Assembly: GCA_045653505.1 (NCBI GenBank)
Contig: JAZOLZ010000007.1
Location: forward strand, 4,447 to 68,446
Length of the DNA stretch: 64,000 nt
Reading direction: 5' to 3'
From: Eubacteriales bacterium
GTDB taxonomy: Bacteria > Bacillota > Clostridia > Oscillospirales > CAG-272
This document shows, piece after piece, positions 7,448-17,061 of the stretch (position 1 is its first letter; every line of letters starts with the position of its first letter). The notes beneath the pieces are model-generated. The model saw nothing but the letters and a program-made list of their open reading frames with translations, had not been told where the DNA came from and did not search any database. Position numbers and translations under genes: made by a program.

Positions 7448-8980
7448 TTATGCTTTTTTAGTAAGTAGTTTGTGTTTTGCTTTGTCCTTTAATGATTTAT
7501 AAAGGGTTGAGATAACAAGATAAAGGGAGAGAAAAATACAACTGCTAAAGACTATTTTTATTATAAGAAGTCCTACGGTTGTAGACTGGCCGTTTATCCT
7601 AAAAAGGGTATGCGAGGTATAGGCGCTTAGGATAGCGCAGATAAGCGGGATGAGAATACTGCCTATAGGATGTATCTCAAATTTTATCCTCTTTCTTAAC
7701 CTGATAAACGACAGAATAAAGTTATACGCCTCCATAACTATTATTACTACGGCGTAACCCATAATACCCATTTTTGGTAAAAGAATTATGACAAGAATGA
7801 CGGATAGAAGTGAGTCTGTGATGTTTACCCACATTGAATATACGTGCTCGCCTATGCCCTTTAATATCGCATCGGTGACGTGGTCAAGATACATAAGCGG
7901 GATTACAAGTGAAAGGACGGCTATGTAATAACCAACATCGTATGAGGAGTAGATTATATAACCGAGTTCCTCTGCAAAGAGAAATATGAATATAGACACT
8001 GCAATCGCAAACACAAGTGTGGTGTTAAGTGAGCGATCGGCAATACTTTTCATTCTATATTTATTTCCTCTGCCCTCTGCCTCAGCAAACTCGGGTACTA
8101 AAAGTCCCGAAAACGAGGAAAGAGGAGACATAGGATAAAGTATCAGCGGTAGCGCCATACCGTGCAAAATACCGTAAAGGCTGAGAGCCTCACTTGCGCT
8201 TTTGCCACTCTCTGCCACTTTTATCGGAATAAGGGTATGCTCTACGGCTAAGAGTGCTGAGCGTATATTGGCTGAGACGCTTAGGGGTACTGCCATACCG
8301 AATACGTCTTTAAGTTTACTCTTATCAGAGGGCGATTTTTTATAGAGAAGTAACCTATCTATAATAAACTGTAGGAAAAGAAGAAGAGCGCAGAAAATCT
8401 CACCGAGGGTATTGGAAAGACAGAGGTAGATGCAAGCCGTCTCTACGCTTAGTTTTTTTGATACAAAAAGTATGACAAAGACTATACGGAAGGCTTGAGA
8501 GATTACGTGAGTGGCAGAGTTGCGTTTTACCCGCCTTACTCCGACAAAATAGCCCGAGAGGACAGAGGAAATTGCCGCAGGAAAAAGTGAAAAGGCGAGG
8601 ATTATAAGCGGCTTTAATGCTCTTTGGTCTCTTAAAATATGTTCTGATATTACCGGAGAGAGGAATAAAAGAGCGGCGCTTGACGCCAAACTGAAAAGGG
8701 ATGCATAGAAAAAGCCTGCGCGTAAAACCGCTGTACTTGAGCCACTGCCCTCCCCTTCCTTTGCCACAAGGCGCGTCATAGTGAGACTTATACCGCCACC
8801 GGCAAATGTCAGTGCAAAATTGTAGACGGTCATTATTACGGTAAAAAGCCCTATTCCCTCTGCCCCGACTGCCTGCGTTACAAAGGCATTAAAGAAAAGA
8901 TTTACCGTGCGCATTCCTATTGCTACTGAGGATAACAGAATGCCGTTTTCAAAAAATCGCTGTTTATTTGACTTTACCAT
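7448..8980 (-). CDS. MOP-superfamily flippase (polysaccharide biosynthesis / SpoVB-like)
   Basis: A 510-aa polytopic membrane protein. The N-terminus (GILLSSVAIGMRTVNLFFNAFVTQAVGAEGIGLF) is typical of SpoVB/MurJ-like proteins. Confidence 0.65.
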   Translation of the reverse strand: MVKSNKQRFFENGILLSSVAIGMRTVNLFFNAFVTQAVGAEGIGLFTVIMTVYNFALTFAGGGISLTMTRLVAKEGEGSGSSTAVLRAGFFYASLFSLASSAALLFLSPVISEHILRDQRALKPLIILAFSLFPAAISSVLSGYFVGVRRVKRNSATHVISQAFRIVFVILFVSKKLSVETACIYLCLSNTLGEIFCALLLFLQFIIDRLLLYKKSPSDKSKLKDVFGMAVPLSVSANIRSALLAVEHTLIPIKVAESGKSASEALSLYGILHGMALPLILYPMSPLSSFSGLLVPEFAEAEGRGNKYRMKSIADRSLNTTLVFAIAVSIFIFLFAEELGYIIYSSYDVGYYIAVLSLVIPLMYLDHVTDAILKGIGEHVYSMWVNITDSLLSVILVIILLPKMGIMGYAVVIIVMEAYNFILSFIRLRKRIKFEIHPIGSILIPLICAILSAYTSHTLFRINGQSTTVGLLIIKIVFSSCIFLSLYLVISTLYKSLKDKAKHKLLTKKA

Positions 8981-9113
8981 ATACTCTCCGAGGTGTTTTA
9001 ATACTAAAATATATGATAAATGAGCGAGAAATATAAAAATTTTACACTCTTAGGTTGAAAAAAATAAAGATATATGCTAAAATAGGATTAAAATAAAGTA
9101 ACGGAGAGAAAAC

Positions 9114-9818
9114 ATGGCAAAAAAACACAAGAATTCAAACTACGTCACTGAAAAGACGATAGCAAAAAAAGAGAGCCAGGAAAAGGCTATCAAGAAAAAG
9201 GAAATGACTAAGTTAATTACTTACATATCCATTGCAACAGCATCAGTGCTTGCAATCGTTGCTCTTATAGTATTACTCGTAGTATTTGCAGCACCCAAGC
9301 CTACACACCACGCAACAATTAAGCTGGTAGGATATGATGAGACTATACACGTTGAACTTTACGGCGACCTTGCACCCGAGACTGTTGATAACTTTGTAAA
9401 GCTTGCAAATGATCACTTCTACGACGGTCTGACCTTCCACAGAGTTATTAAGGACTTTATGATCCAGGGCGGTGACCCCAAGGGTGACGGCACAGGCGGA
9501 AGTGACAAGACCATCAAGGGCGAGTTTAAGGCAAACGGCTTTAACAACACGCTTTCCCACACAAGAGGCGTTATCTCTATGGCAAGAAGCGGTAATAACG
9601 TGAGTGGATTTGACACAGCATCCTCCCAGTTCTTTATCGTGCATAAGGACAGCCCCCACCTCGACGGTCAGTATGCGGCATTCGGTAGAGTTATCGAGGG
9701 TATGGACATTGTTGACGATATCTGCGAAAACACACCCGTTATACCCAACTCCGACGGTGCTGTTTCCAGCATAAATCAGCCCGTAATTGAGTATATCACT
9801 ATCCACCAGGCACACTAA
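9114..9818 (+). CDS. cyclophilin-type peptidyl-prolyl cis-trans isomerase with N-terminal membrane anchor
   Basis: FHRVIKDFMIQGGDPKGDGTGG, SMARSG and QFFIV are cyclophilin motifs. A TM helix lies at about residues 35-58. Confidence 0.9.
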   Translation: MAKKHKNSNYVTEKTIAKKESQEKAIKKKEMTKLITYISIATASVLAIVALIVLLVVFAAPKPTHHATIKLVGYDETIHVELYGDLAPETVDNFVKLANDHFYDGLTFHRVIKDFMIQGGDPKGDGTGGSDKTIKGEFKANGFNNTLSHTRGVISMARSGNNVSGFDTASSQFFIVHKDSPHLDGQYAAFGRVIEGMDIVDDICENTPVIPNSDGAVSSINQPVIEYITIHQAH

Positions 9819-9830
9819 ACGTTTGATTTA

Positions 9831-9874
9831 AAATAAAAAAATGACTGCCCGAAAGCAGTCATTTTTTTATTTAT
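9831..9874. repeat. 44-bp direct repeat, copy 1 (contains a bidirectional terminator hairpin)
   Basis: aaataaaaaaatgactgcccgaaagcagtcatttttttatttat is identical to 10392-10435. The hairpin is atgactgc-ccgaaa-gcagtcat. Confidence 0.9.
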
Positions 9875-10037
9875 CCTTATTTTTGGTCAAAACATATTTG
9901 GGATTTTGTAAAATCAACCCATCAGGGGTTGCAACAATTTCAACCTCGCTTTTAAGTCCATACCTATCTCGTAAATCTTTTGGTATAACTATTCTGCCGA
10001 GTTTATCGAATTGTTTTATTACTCCAATTTTTTGCAT
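9867..10037 (-). CDS. AbrB/SpoVT-family DNA-binding protein (56 aa)
   Basis: MQKIGVIKQFDKLGRIVIPKDLRDRYGL has the SpoVT-AbrB swapped-hairpin motif (GRIVIPK). The ATG at 10037 follows AAGGAG. Confidence 0.75.
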   Translation of the reverse strand: MQKIGVIKQFDKLGRIVIPKDLRDRYGLKSEVEIVATPDGLILQNPKYVLTKNKDK

Positions 10038-10150
10038 TTTTTTATACTCCTTGGAAAGCAAAATACTAAATTCTTATCTTTAACACAATTATAGCAAAAA
10101 AATATGTTAGAGTCAAGTAAATTCTTAAGATTAACACATTTGGAGTTGTT

Positions 10151-10393
10151 ATGAAAATTTATGATTTTAACGGTAATAAGAACGTTTGCGGCGAAAGAAT
10201 AAAAAAAGCGAGAAAAGATTTAAAACTTACGCAGGCAGAACTAGCGGCTAAACTGCAAATCGAAGGCGTAAATATAGAAAGAGACAGTGTAAGCAGAATT
10301 GAGATAGGCACACGCTTTGTTGCAGATTACGAACTGTTGGCACTGTGCAAAATCCTGAAGTTAAGCGCCGACTTCCTTTTAGGTTTAGAATAA
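10151..10393 (+). CDS. XRE-family HTH transcriptional regulator (80 aa)
   Basis: GERIKKARKDLKLTQAELAAKLQIEGVNIERDSVSRIEIG is a classic Cro/C1 HTH. Confidence 0.8.
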   Translation: MKIYDFNGNKNVCGERIKKARKDLKLTQAELAAKLQIEGVNIERDSVSRIEIGTRFVADYELLALCKILKLSADFLLGLE

Positions 10394-10435
10394 ATAAAAA
10401 AATGACTGCCCGAAAGCAGTCATTTTTTTATTTAT
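10392..10435. repeat. 44-bp direct repeat, copy 2 (terminator)
   Basis: Identical by eye to 9831-9874. Confidence 0.9.
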
Positions 10436-10445
10436 AGGCGTTTTA

Positions 10446-11360
10446 TTAGCCCTGAACCATCTTCTGGATCTCAGCTGCGAAGTCCTCTTCTCTCTTCTGA
10501 AGACCCTCGCCCTTGTCAAAGCGAACGTAGCCTGTAACCTTGATCTCGCCACCGAGTTCCTTTGCTACAGAAGCAACGTACTTTGCTACTGACATGGAAT
10601 CATCCTTAACGTAAGCCTGCTCAAGAAGGCAGTTGTTCTCATAGAACTTGCCAAGTCTACCCTCAACGATCTTTTCAAGAACTGCTACGGGCTTGTTAGC
10701 CATCTTGGGATCCTGCTGCATCTGCTTGATGAGAATGTTCTTCTCCTCCTCAAGAACTGATGCGGGAACGCTTGCCTTATCAAGATACTGAACGGGCATA
10801 GCTGCAACCTGGAGTGCTACGTTCTTTGCGCACTCAGCGAAGCCTGCATTGTCCTCAAGGTTGGTCTCAAAGCTTACAACAACACCTGTTGTACCAAGAC
10901 CGTGAATATAAGTGGAAACTGCGCCCTCTATTACTACAAAGCGACGGATAGAAAGTTTTTCACCGATAGTGTATGTCTTCTCGGAAAGAGCTTCCTGTAC
11001 TGTGCCGCCGTTAACAAAGTCAGATGCAAGAAGTGCATCAACATTAGCGGGCTTGTTTGCGATAATTGACTTAAGAATATCCTTTACAAACTCCTGGAAA
11101 ATTGCGTTCTTAGCAACGAAGTCTGTCTCAGAGTTAACCTCTACTATTGCAGTTGTATTGCCGATTGTGAGAACGTCTACAAGACCCTCAGCCGCAATTC
11201 TGTCTGCCTTTTTAGCGGTAGCTGCCATACCCTTCTCACGAAGGATCTTAACTGCTGCCTCAAAGTCACCGTTAGCCTCAACAAGTGCATTTTTGCAGTC
11301 CATCATACCGCAGCCTGTCTGCTTACGAAGTTCTGCAACATCTTTAGCTGTAAATGCCAT
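10446..11360 (-). CDS. tsf: translation elongation factor Ts
   Basis: MAFTAKDVAELRKQTGCGMMDCKNALVEANGDFEAAVKILREKG is the UBA-like N-terminus of EF-Ts. The gene lies downstream of rpsB. Confidence 0.95.
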   Translation of the reverse strand: MAFTAKDVAELRKQTGCGMMDCKNALVEANGDFEAAVKILREKGMAATAKKADRIAAEGLVDVLTIGNTTAIVEVNSETDFVAKNAIFQEFVKDILKSIIANKPANVDALLASDFVNGGTVQEALSEKTYTIGEKLSIRRFVVIEGAVSTYIHGLGTTGVVVSFETNLEDNAGFAECAKNVALQVAAMPVQYLDKASVPASVLEEEKNILIKQMQQDPKMANKPVAVLEKIVEGRLGKFYENNCLLEQAYVKDDSMSVAKYVASVAKELGGEIKVTGYVRFDKGEGLQKREEDFAAEIQKMVQG

Positions 11361-11407
11361 TTTTATATGCTCCTTTTTATTATTCTTAGAAAATCTGAAG
11401 CCTAAGA

Positions 11408-12157
11408 TTAAGCCTCAACAGTCTCTTCTGCTACTTCCTCAGTAGCCTCTACGTCAGCATCGGTAGCCTCGGTAACACCGCCGCGTGCCTCGATAACTGC
11501 GTTTGCAAGAGCTGAACCGATAAGCTTGATAGCGCGGATAGCGTCATCGTTACCGGGGATGATGTAATCTGCATCATCAGGATCACAGTTGGTATCTACG
11601 ATAGCAACTACGGGAATGCCAAGCTTCTTAGCCTCAAGAACCGCATTTCTCTCCTTACGTGTATCTACGATGAATACAACTGAGGGGAGCTGCTCCATGT
11701 CCTTGATACCGCCGTATGACTTCTCAAGATCCTCAATCTCCTTGAGCTTCTTTGCAACTTCCTTCTTAGGAAGAAGATCGAAGGTACCGTCAGCCTGCAT
11801 CTTCTCAAGATCCTTAAGTCTCTTGATAGACCTTCTGATAGTCTTGAAGTTGGTAAGCATACCGCCGGGCCAACGTACGTTTACGTAGTACATACCGCAT
11901 CTCTGAGCTTCCTCTTTAACGGTCTCAGCAGCCTGCTTCTTTGTACCTACGAAGAGAACTGTGCCGCCTTCCTGTGCAACGGAGGATACGAAGTTGTATG
12001 ACTCCTCGAACTTTTTAACGGTCTTCTGAAGGTCAACGATGTGAATACCGTTTCTCTGTGTGAAGATGTACTCTGCCATCTTGGGATTCCACTTCTTTGT
12101 AGGGTGGCCGAAGTGAACGCCTGCTTCAAGCAACTGCTTGATTGAAATATCGAACAT
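11408..12157 (-). CDS. rpsB: 30S ribosomal protein S2
   Basis: [27 protein letters not shown]. The ATG at 12157 follows AAGGAGGAAC. The ORF-track upstream extension is not conserved-looking. Confidence 0.95.
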   Translation of the reverse strand: MFDISIKQLLEAGVHFGHPTKKWNPKMAEYIFTQRNGIHIVDLQKTVKKFEESYNFVSSVAQEGGTVLFVGTKKQAAETVKEEAQRCGMYYVNVRWPGGMLTNFKTIRRSIKRLKDLEKMQADGTFDLLPKKEVAKKLKEIEDLEKSYGGIKDMEQLPSVVFIVDTRKERNAVLEAKKLGIPVVAIVDTNCDPDDADYIIPGNDDAIRAIKLIGSALANAVIEARGGVTEATDADVEATEEVAEETVEA

Positions 12158-12449
12158 ATTATGTTCCTCCTTGGTTTTTCCTCCACGTCCCATCAATCTG
12201 CGACTTGTCCCTAACAAGCACCGGCAGACAACAAAGGGCGTGTGTGTAATATTTTTGTCGCGCTTGCGCAACGCAAATTATTATATATTATTCTAAATAT
12301 CTATGCAAGAGGTTTTTTCAAAATATTTGTAAAATTTACAATTTGTTCACATTTTGCGTTTTAGTTTGCCTCAGTTGAGGTTGAAATAAGCGACGCTTTG
12401 TGTTAAAATACTACTATGATTTTTGAAAAAACGAAAAAAGGAATGCCTT

Positions 12450-13175
12450 ATGCAGAAAAAGTCACATATAATAAGGAATATATCGCTAATTTTTGCGCTC
12501 GGATATCTTTTGGTCTTTCTGGCGTTTTACTCGCAGCTATTAGTAACGTTACCGGAGCCGTTAACCATCTTATTTGAGGAAATAAGAATAGTATACGACC
12601 GTCTTATCCCGCCTATTGCCGCGGCGATACTGCTCTTTACCAAGGACACGTTAAAGAGCGCCGCTATCTATGCCCTGCCGATGTCACTTACAAAAGTGGC
12701 ATTTTATCTGCCTTACTCATACCTTTACTATCTCTTGGGATATCACTATGATTCACTTGAGTCACTCTTCCTTGGCCTCTTTGCATCCATTGGTGAAATT
12801 GCCACTTGCTATATAACGGTGCTTTTGCTCTTTATCCTTGCAAGATACCTTGCAAAAAAAGAGGCAAAGATCACCGAGTTCAGAGACCTTGATCTGCAAA
12901 AGGATGTTGTAAAAACGCCGCTCTTGCAAATCGATGGAGCGATAAATAAAGGTGTGTTTTACCTCTGTTTGACTAATTTTGTTTACATTTTGGCTATTAC
13001 AGTATACGATATCGTTGTTTTCCTGTTCTCATATACAAGTATAAAGAGTGAGGAATACATCACAATGCTGCTTGATATCTCGCTTTGTCTTGCTACCTTT
13101 GTTCTATCCTTTATAATAGCGATTTTTATAAAGAATATAATCAAAAGAGAAAAAAAAGCGATGAATAAAAAATAA
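12450..13175 (+). CDS. hypothetical polytopic membrane protein
   Basis: Several hydrophobic helices. The start is uncertain (TTG at 12423 or ATG at 12450). Confidence 0.45.
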   Translation: MQKKSHIIRNISLIFALGYLLVFLAFYSQLLVTLPEPLTILFEEIRIVYDRLIPPIAAAILLFTKDTLKSAAIYALPMSLTKVAFYLPYSYLYYLLGYHYDSLESLFLGLFASIGEIATCYITVLLLFILARYLAKKEAKITEFRDLDLQKDVVKTPLLQIDGAINKGVFYLCLTNFVYILAITVYDIVVFLFSYTSIKSEEYITMLLDISLCLATFVLSFIIAIFIKNIIKREKKAMNKK

Positions 13176-13231
13176 ATAAAAAGCACATAGCAGTCGTTTT
13201 TTACCTGCTGTGTGCTTTTTTTATGCTATGC

Positions 13232-13813
13232 TTATTCTATGGTGGGATAGGGCGCCTTAGGAGTTTTTTCAAGAATAAAGAAGAAGGGTGAGCCCGGGGA
13301 GTTTATTATCTCAAATTTTGAGATATTTACATAAAAACGGCTTATTGTTTTAAAATACTCATCGAGCATTTTGCCCTCCTCTGCCCCCTCCTCGTGCCCG
13401 GGATATACGGCTAAAACTATAACGCCGTCGGGCAAGAGCAGATCAATTGCGCTCTTTACAGCAATAAGAGTCGTCTCTCTCATCGTGGTGATGTGCTTTT
13501 TACCGCTGCGTGGCAGATATCCTAAATTAAACATACCCGCCTTTATCGGCTCTTTTACATAGTCCTTTACAAGATGGTGGGATGCAAGGATAAGTTTAGT
13601 ATTATTGGGAGCATTATTTTCTTTAAGCAGCGCCTCGGTTGCCTCAAGCGCCTCGGGCTGAATGTCAAAGGCGTACACCCTGCCGTTTGCTCCTACAGTT
13701 TCAGATAAAAAGAGTGTATCGTTACCGTTGCCCATTGTAAAATCAACAGCAACCTCGCCCTCTTTAAGATGGTCAAGTATAAATTGCTCGTGCAGAGCCT
13801 TAAGATCTACCAT
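13232..13813 (-). CDS. class I SAM-dependent methyltransferase (YtqB/MnmM-like)
   Basis: VAVDFTMGNGNDTLFLSETVGANGRVYAFDIQPEA is a SAM-binding motif arranged as in YtqB-type tRNA methyltransferases. Confidence 0.65.
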   Translation of the reverse strand: MVDLKALHEQFILDHLKEGEVAVDFTMGNGNDTLFLSETVGANGRVYAFDIQPEALEATEALLKENNAPNNTKLILASHHLVKDYVKEPIKAGMFNLGYLPRSGKKHITTMRETTLIAVKSAIDLLLPDGVIVLAVYPGHEEGAEEGKMLDEYFKTISRFYVNISKFEIINSPGSPFFFILEKTPKAPYPTIE

Positions 13814-13821
13814 ATTATTGC

Positions 13822-15561
13822 CTATTCCACTGCCCTGCCGTCTTTGGGACGGACAAATGCAGTATAATTTGTTTTATAGATTACGAAGCCGGGCTTTGCA
13901 CCCTGGGGCTTGCGTATATTTTTTACATGAGTGTAGTCAACCGCAACGATATCGCCCGTAGCGCTTGAATAGTATGCGGCAACCTCTGCCGCCTCGGTGT
14001 AATCGGCCTCGCTCGGCTCCTCGCCATGAGTTTTCATAATAACGTGGGAGCCGGGGATATCCTTGGTATGGAACCAGATATCACTCTTTTCCGCCTCCTT
14101 GAAGGTAAGAAAATCATTTTGAGTGTTGTTACGGCCGACAAGAAGAATATATCCGCCGCTTGTTACAAATTTGCGCGGCTTTGACTTACTGCTTTTTTGC
14201 ACCTTATAGCCCTTAAGTTTTGCGCCGTAACCCGCGCGGCAGAGTTCGTCCCTTATATCGTTAAGGTCGTTTTCACACTCGCATTTATCAAGGAACTCAC
14301 AAACGGTATCAAGATACAGAAGTTCCTCCTCGGCAAGGGCAATCTGCTCTTTGAGTATCTGCCTTGCAGTCTTTGCCTTAGCATATTTTTTATAAAGCCT
14401 TTGCGCATTTTGAGAAGGACTTAAGCGACTGTCAAGTTCAATTTTTACAGTAGGACAATCCTCACTGTAGTAATCGATACATTCAAAACTTTGCATACCT
14501 CTTTTTATCTGATAGATGTTTGCGGTTATAAGATCACCGTGCCGCTTGTATTCCTCGCCTTTTTCACTATCAGCAAGAGTATCTCTTTGTAGGGAAAGTT
14601 TTTTTGTTATACGGCTACGGGCATTTGACAAAAGGTTTGAAAGATCGTGCGAGCGACGCTTTATGCTCTCCTTAAGATCACGCTTGGCAAAGTAGAAGTC
14701 AAAAAGATCGGCAAACTTTGAAAAACTTTGCTTTTCAAATCCGTCACCGAAATAACCGATATCGGTATATGAGTAGTCTATGGGAGTGCCGTCCTTATCA
14801 ATAATAACGGTAGGGGTATAACTGTCGGATTTAAGCATACGGCAAAAGTCGTAAAGAACCTCATATAGCCTATCCCTATCAACACCTAAAAGAAGCGCGT
14901 CAATATCCCCACAGGCTCTAAAGACAAGTTCTCTGGCTACCTGTATTGCGACACCGCCAAGGATAGAGGTGATAAATCTGTCTGCCTTTTTTTCCTTTGG
15001 GTATTCACTGTATACCTTATCAAAGTATTCTTTATTAAATTCAAGGGGTGATAATATCTCCCTGCCCTTGGGCTGCTGATACTTAAGCCCGGGCATAACC
15101 TGCCTGATATCGCTATCAGAAAAATCAATTACCTTAAGGGCTGAAATTATCTTTTTGTCACTGTCAAGTAAAATAATGTTTGCATATTTGCCCATTATCT
15201 CGCACAAAAGCTGTTTTTCAGCAAGATAGCCCATCTCATCATATCCCTTAAGAGTGAATACGGCAATACGGTCAAAATCCAACTGTTCAATATCGGTTAT
15301 ACGATATCCTGTAAGGTGCTTGCGCATCTGCATACAGAACATCGGAGCCTTTATGGGATTTTCCTTTACAGTGTCTGAAAGTTGAAGCCTTGGTGAGGAT
15401 GCGGAGGCGTTGAACACAAGGCGCTTGGACTTTTTACCTGAGTGTATAACAAGATCAAGTTCATCACGCAGGGGCTGTAAAACCTTTTCAATTTTAGCGT
15501 CGGGAAAATCGTTTTTTATCTCGTTTATCACCGCACGCATCATACAAGCATCAAATGCCAT
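13822..15561 (-). CDS. rqcH: NFACT-family ribosome quality-control protein (RqcH / FbpA-like)
   Basis: MAFDACMMRAVINEIK..., a 579-aa protein. The C-terminal region (DIWFHTKDIPGSHVIM) is typical of NFACT-R. Confidence 0.85.
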   Translation of the reverse strand: MAFDACMMRAVINEIKNDFPDAKIEKVLQPLRDELDLVIHSGKKSKRLVFNASASSPRLQLSDTVKENPIKAPMFCMQMRKHLTGYRITDIEQLDFDRIAVFTLKGYDEMGYLAEKQLLCEIMGKYANIILLDSDKKIISALKVIDFSDSDIRQVMPGLKYQQPKGREILSPLEFNKEYFDKVYSEYPKEKKADRFITSILGGVAIQVARELVFRACGDIDALLLGVDRDRLYEVLYDFCRMLKSDSYTPTVIIDKDGTPIDYSYTDIGYFGDGFEKQSFSKFADLFDFYFAKRDLKESIKRRSHDLSNLLSNARSRITKKLSLQRDTLADSEKGEEYKRHGDLITANIYQIKRGMQSFECIDYYSEDCPTVKIELDSRLSPSQNAQRLYKKYAKAKTARQILKEQIALAEEELLYLDTVCEFLDKCECENDLNDIRDELCRAGYGAKLKGYKVQKSSKSKPRKFVTSGGYILLVGRNNTQNDFLTFKEAEKSDIWFHTKDIPGSHVIMKTHGEEPSEADYTEAAEVAAYYSSATGDIVAVDYTHVKNIRKPQGAKPGFVIYKTNYTAFVRPKDGRAVE

Positions 15562-15628
15562 AACTATACCTCCTTATATTTTGTAGACTTAAAGACGGTA
15601 GCTGACAAAGTTACCGTCTTTTGGAATT

Positions 15629-15943
15629 TTATCTTTTTCTTTTATTGCTGTTGGCTACCCTAACTCTCGTAACCGTTTTACCTAAAAAGGTGTCACGGCT
15701 TGCAATAAGATTTAACTTTGCAAAATTGGAGAGCGGATATATCGGTGCTTTTAGTTTTGTTTTATACTTTATTATTATTGTACCTACGGTTATGCCGGAT
15801 ACAACAAGGCCGATTATTATGCCCCATATAACGCACAACTCTATGCTTGTTTCACCGGACAGCTCATCACCCGTAGCATAGACGTTCAAGGCAAACACAC
15901 TTAAAAGTGAAGTAAGAAGGATAAAGAATATAATTTTTTTCAT
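15629..15943 (-). CDS. small membrane protein with signal peptide
   Basis: The ATG at 15943 follows AGGAGG. MKKIIFFILLTSLLSVFALNVYA is a signal peptide, followed by one TM helix. It is the last gene of a three-gene minus-strand module. Confidence 0.5.
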   Translation of the reverse strand: MKKIIFFILLTSLLSVFALNVYATGDELSGETSIELCVIWGIIIGLVVSGITVGTIIIKYKTKLKAPIYPLSNFAKLNLIASRDTFLGKTVTRVRVANSNKRKR

Positions 15944-15953
15944 AGTACCCTCC

Positions 15954-17024
15954 TTACATAAACAGGAAATATCCAAGCAGTGATGCAAGGGTTGAAACAC
16001 CTGCAAAAAGGCCAAGGAACAGAGCCGTTATCTTTGGTATGCTTATCGGCAACTCACCGTAAACCTTGCCCGTATGACCGTTCATAGCATAGGTGAATAT
16101 CTTATCCTTCTTTTTACCCTTTTTACGGTAGGTAAGGATATAAAGAGGCATAAGCGCGTACTGCCATCCCGCACGGGTAAGGCGCATACTGAGATTCTCT
16201 GTCACAAGGGTGGTATAACCCGGCGCGGTATCGCGAAGAAGCGCCTCGGAATACTCACGCATCCTGCCCTGCACCTCAGGAGAAACCTCTTCACGCGAGA
16301 TATCACGTTTTTTAGCAACGTAGCCGGACATATAAGCCATATCAAAGTCCTTGTGAGCCTCGGGCGGATAGGGTAAAATCCCCTCAAGCATAGCCTTATC
16401 CTCACTTGATATTGCAGAGGTTACGATGTCCTCAAAGTGTATATCGCCCGAGCGATATATATCGTATCTTGATGTCTCGGTATAACGGTAATCACCCGAG
16501 CGCCATGATCGAACCTTTGTCGCTTTGGCACTAAGGTCACTGCTGGCATCGGCATCGGTTACCCAGAATGGGAAATAGATGCCCTGCATATTTTCTATCT
16601 GTTTTTTGGAAAAATAGTTTTTAGGTACGAATTTGTGCCTCTTTGCAAAGGATAAAAAGGCATCCTTTGCCTCATCACAGCCAAATTTAAAGGGAATGAT
16701 TTTATCAGGCTTAAGCATACCCGATACCTTGCTTGTCATAACGACGGGGTTATGACAATAGTAACAGAAGGTGGCCGCAGTATCCTTATCAGCGACAACC
16801 TCAGCGCCACAACTTTGGCAGATATATTCGTTTATGCTGTCGTTAAATTCCTCATTAGCCTTTGCCCTATGCGCCTCATCTGCCTGCCTTTTGCCTAAGG
16901 TCTCATCAAGCTCTGCCTTAGTAAAGTCACTAAGACAAAACTCACATGAGAATGCCTGCTTATCGGCATTAAAGGTCAAGGGAGCATCACAGTTTGGACA
17001 CTTATATGTAATTGTAGACTGCAA
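15954..17024 (-). CDS. double zinc-ribbon protein with C-terminal TM anchor
   Basis: YKCPNCDAPLTF...FSCEFC and YICQSCGAEV...FCYYC are zinc ribbons. The hydrophobic C-terminus is ITALFLGLFAGVSTLASLLGYFLF. Confidence 0.6.
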   Translation of the reverse strand: MQSTITYKCPNCDAPLTFNADKQAFSCEFCLSDFTKAELDETLGKRQADEAHRAKANEEFNDSINEYICQSCGAEVVADKDTAATFCYYCHNPVVMTSKVSGMLKPDKIIPFKFGCDEAKDAFLSFAKRHKFVPKNYFSKKQIENMQGIYFPFWVTDADASSDLSAKATKVRSWRSGDYRYTETSRYDIYRSGDIHFEDIVTSAISSEDKAMLEGILPYPPEAHKDFDMAYMSGYVAKKRDISREEVSPEVQGRMREYSEALLRDTAPGYTTLVTENLSMRLTRAGWQYALMPLYILTYRKKGKKKDKIFTYAMNGHTGKVYGELPISIPKITALFLGLFAGVSTLASLLGYFLFM

Positions 17025-17061
17025 GGATACACCCCCTTTTTATAAAAGGATAGTCTTGTGA

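Noticed and set aside
10912-11445. 177-aa plus-strand ORF
   Set aside because: It is antisense to tsf (a certain gene), so it is a typical shadow ORF. The same applies to 9273-9815 (antisense to the PPIase), 55806-56505 (antisense to phoH), 47373-47972 and 46818-47333 (antisense to GH3), 51927-52460 (antisense to mutS2), 38741-39265 (antisense to the antiporter) and 20148-20585 (antisense to yebC).
12158-12271. 38-codon N-terminal extension of rpsB
   Set aside because: The S2 consensus N-terminus begins at the Met at 12157, which has a strong AAGGAGG. The extension is Arg/Cys-rich and unlike S2.
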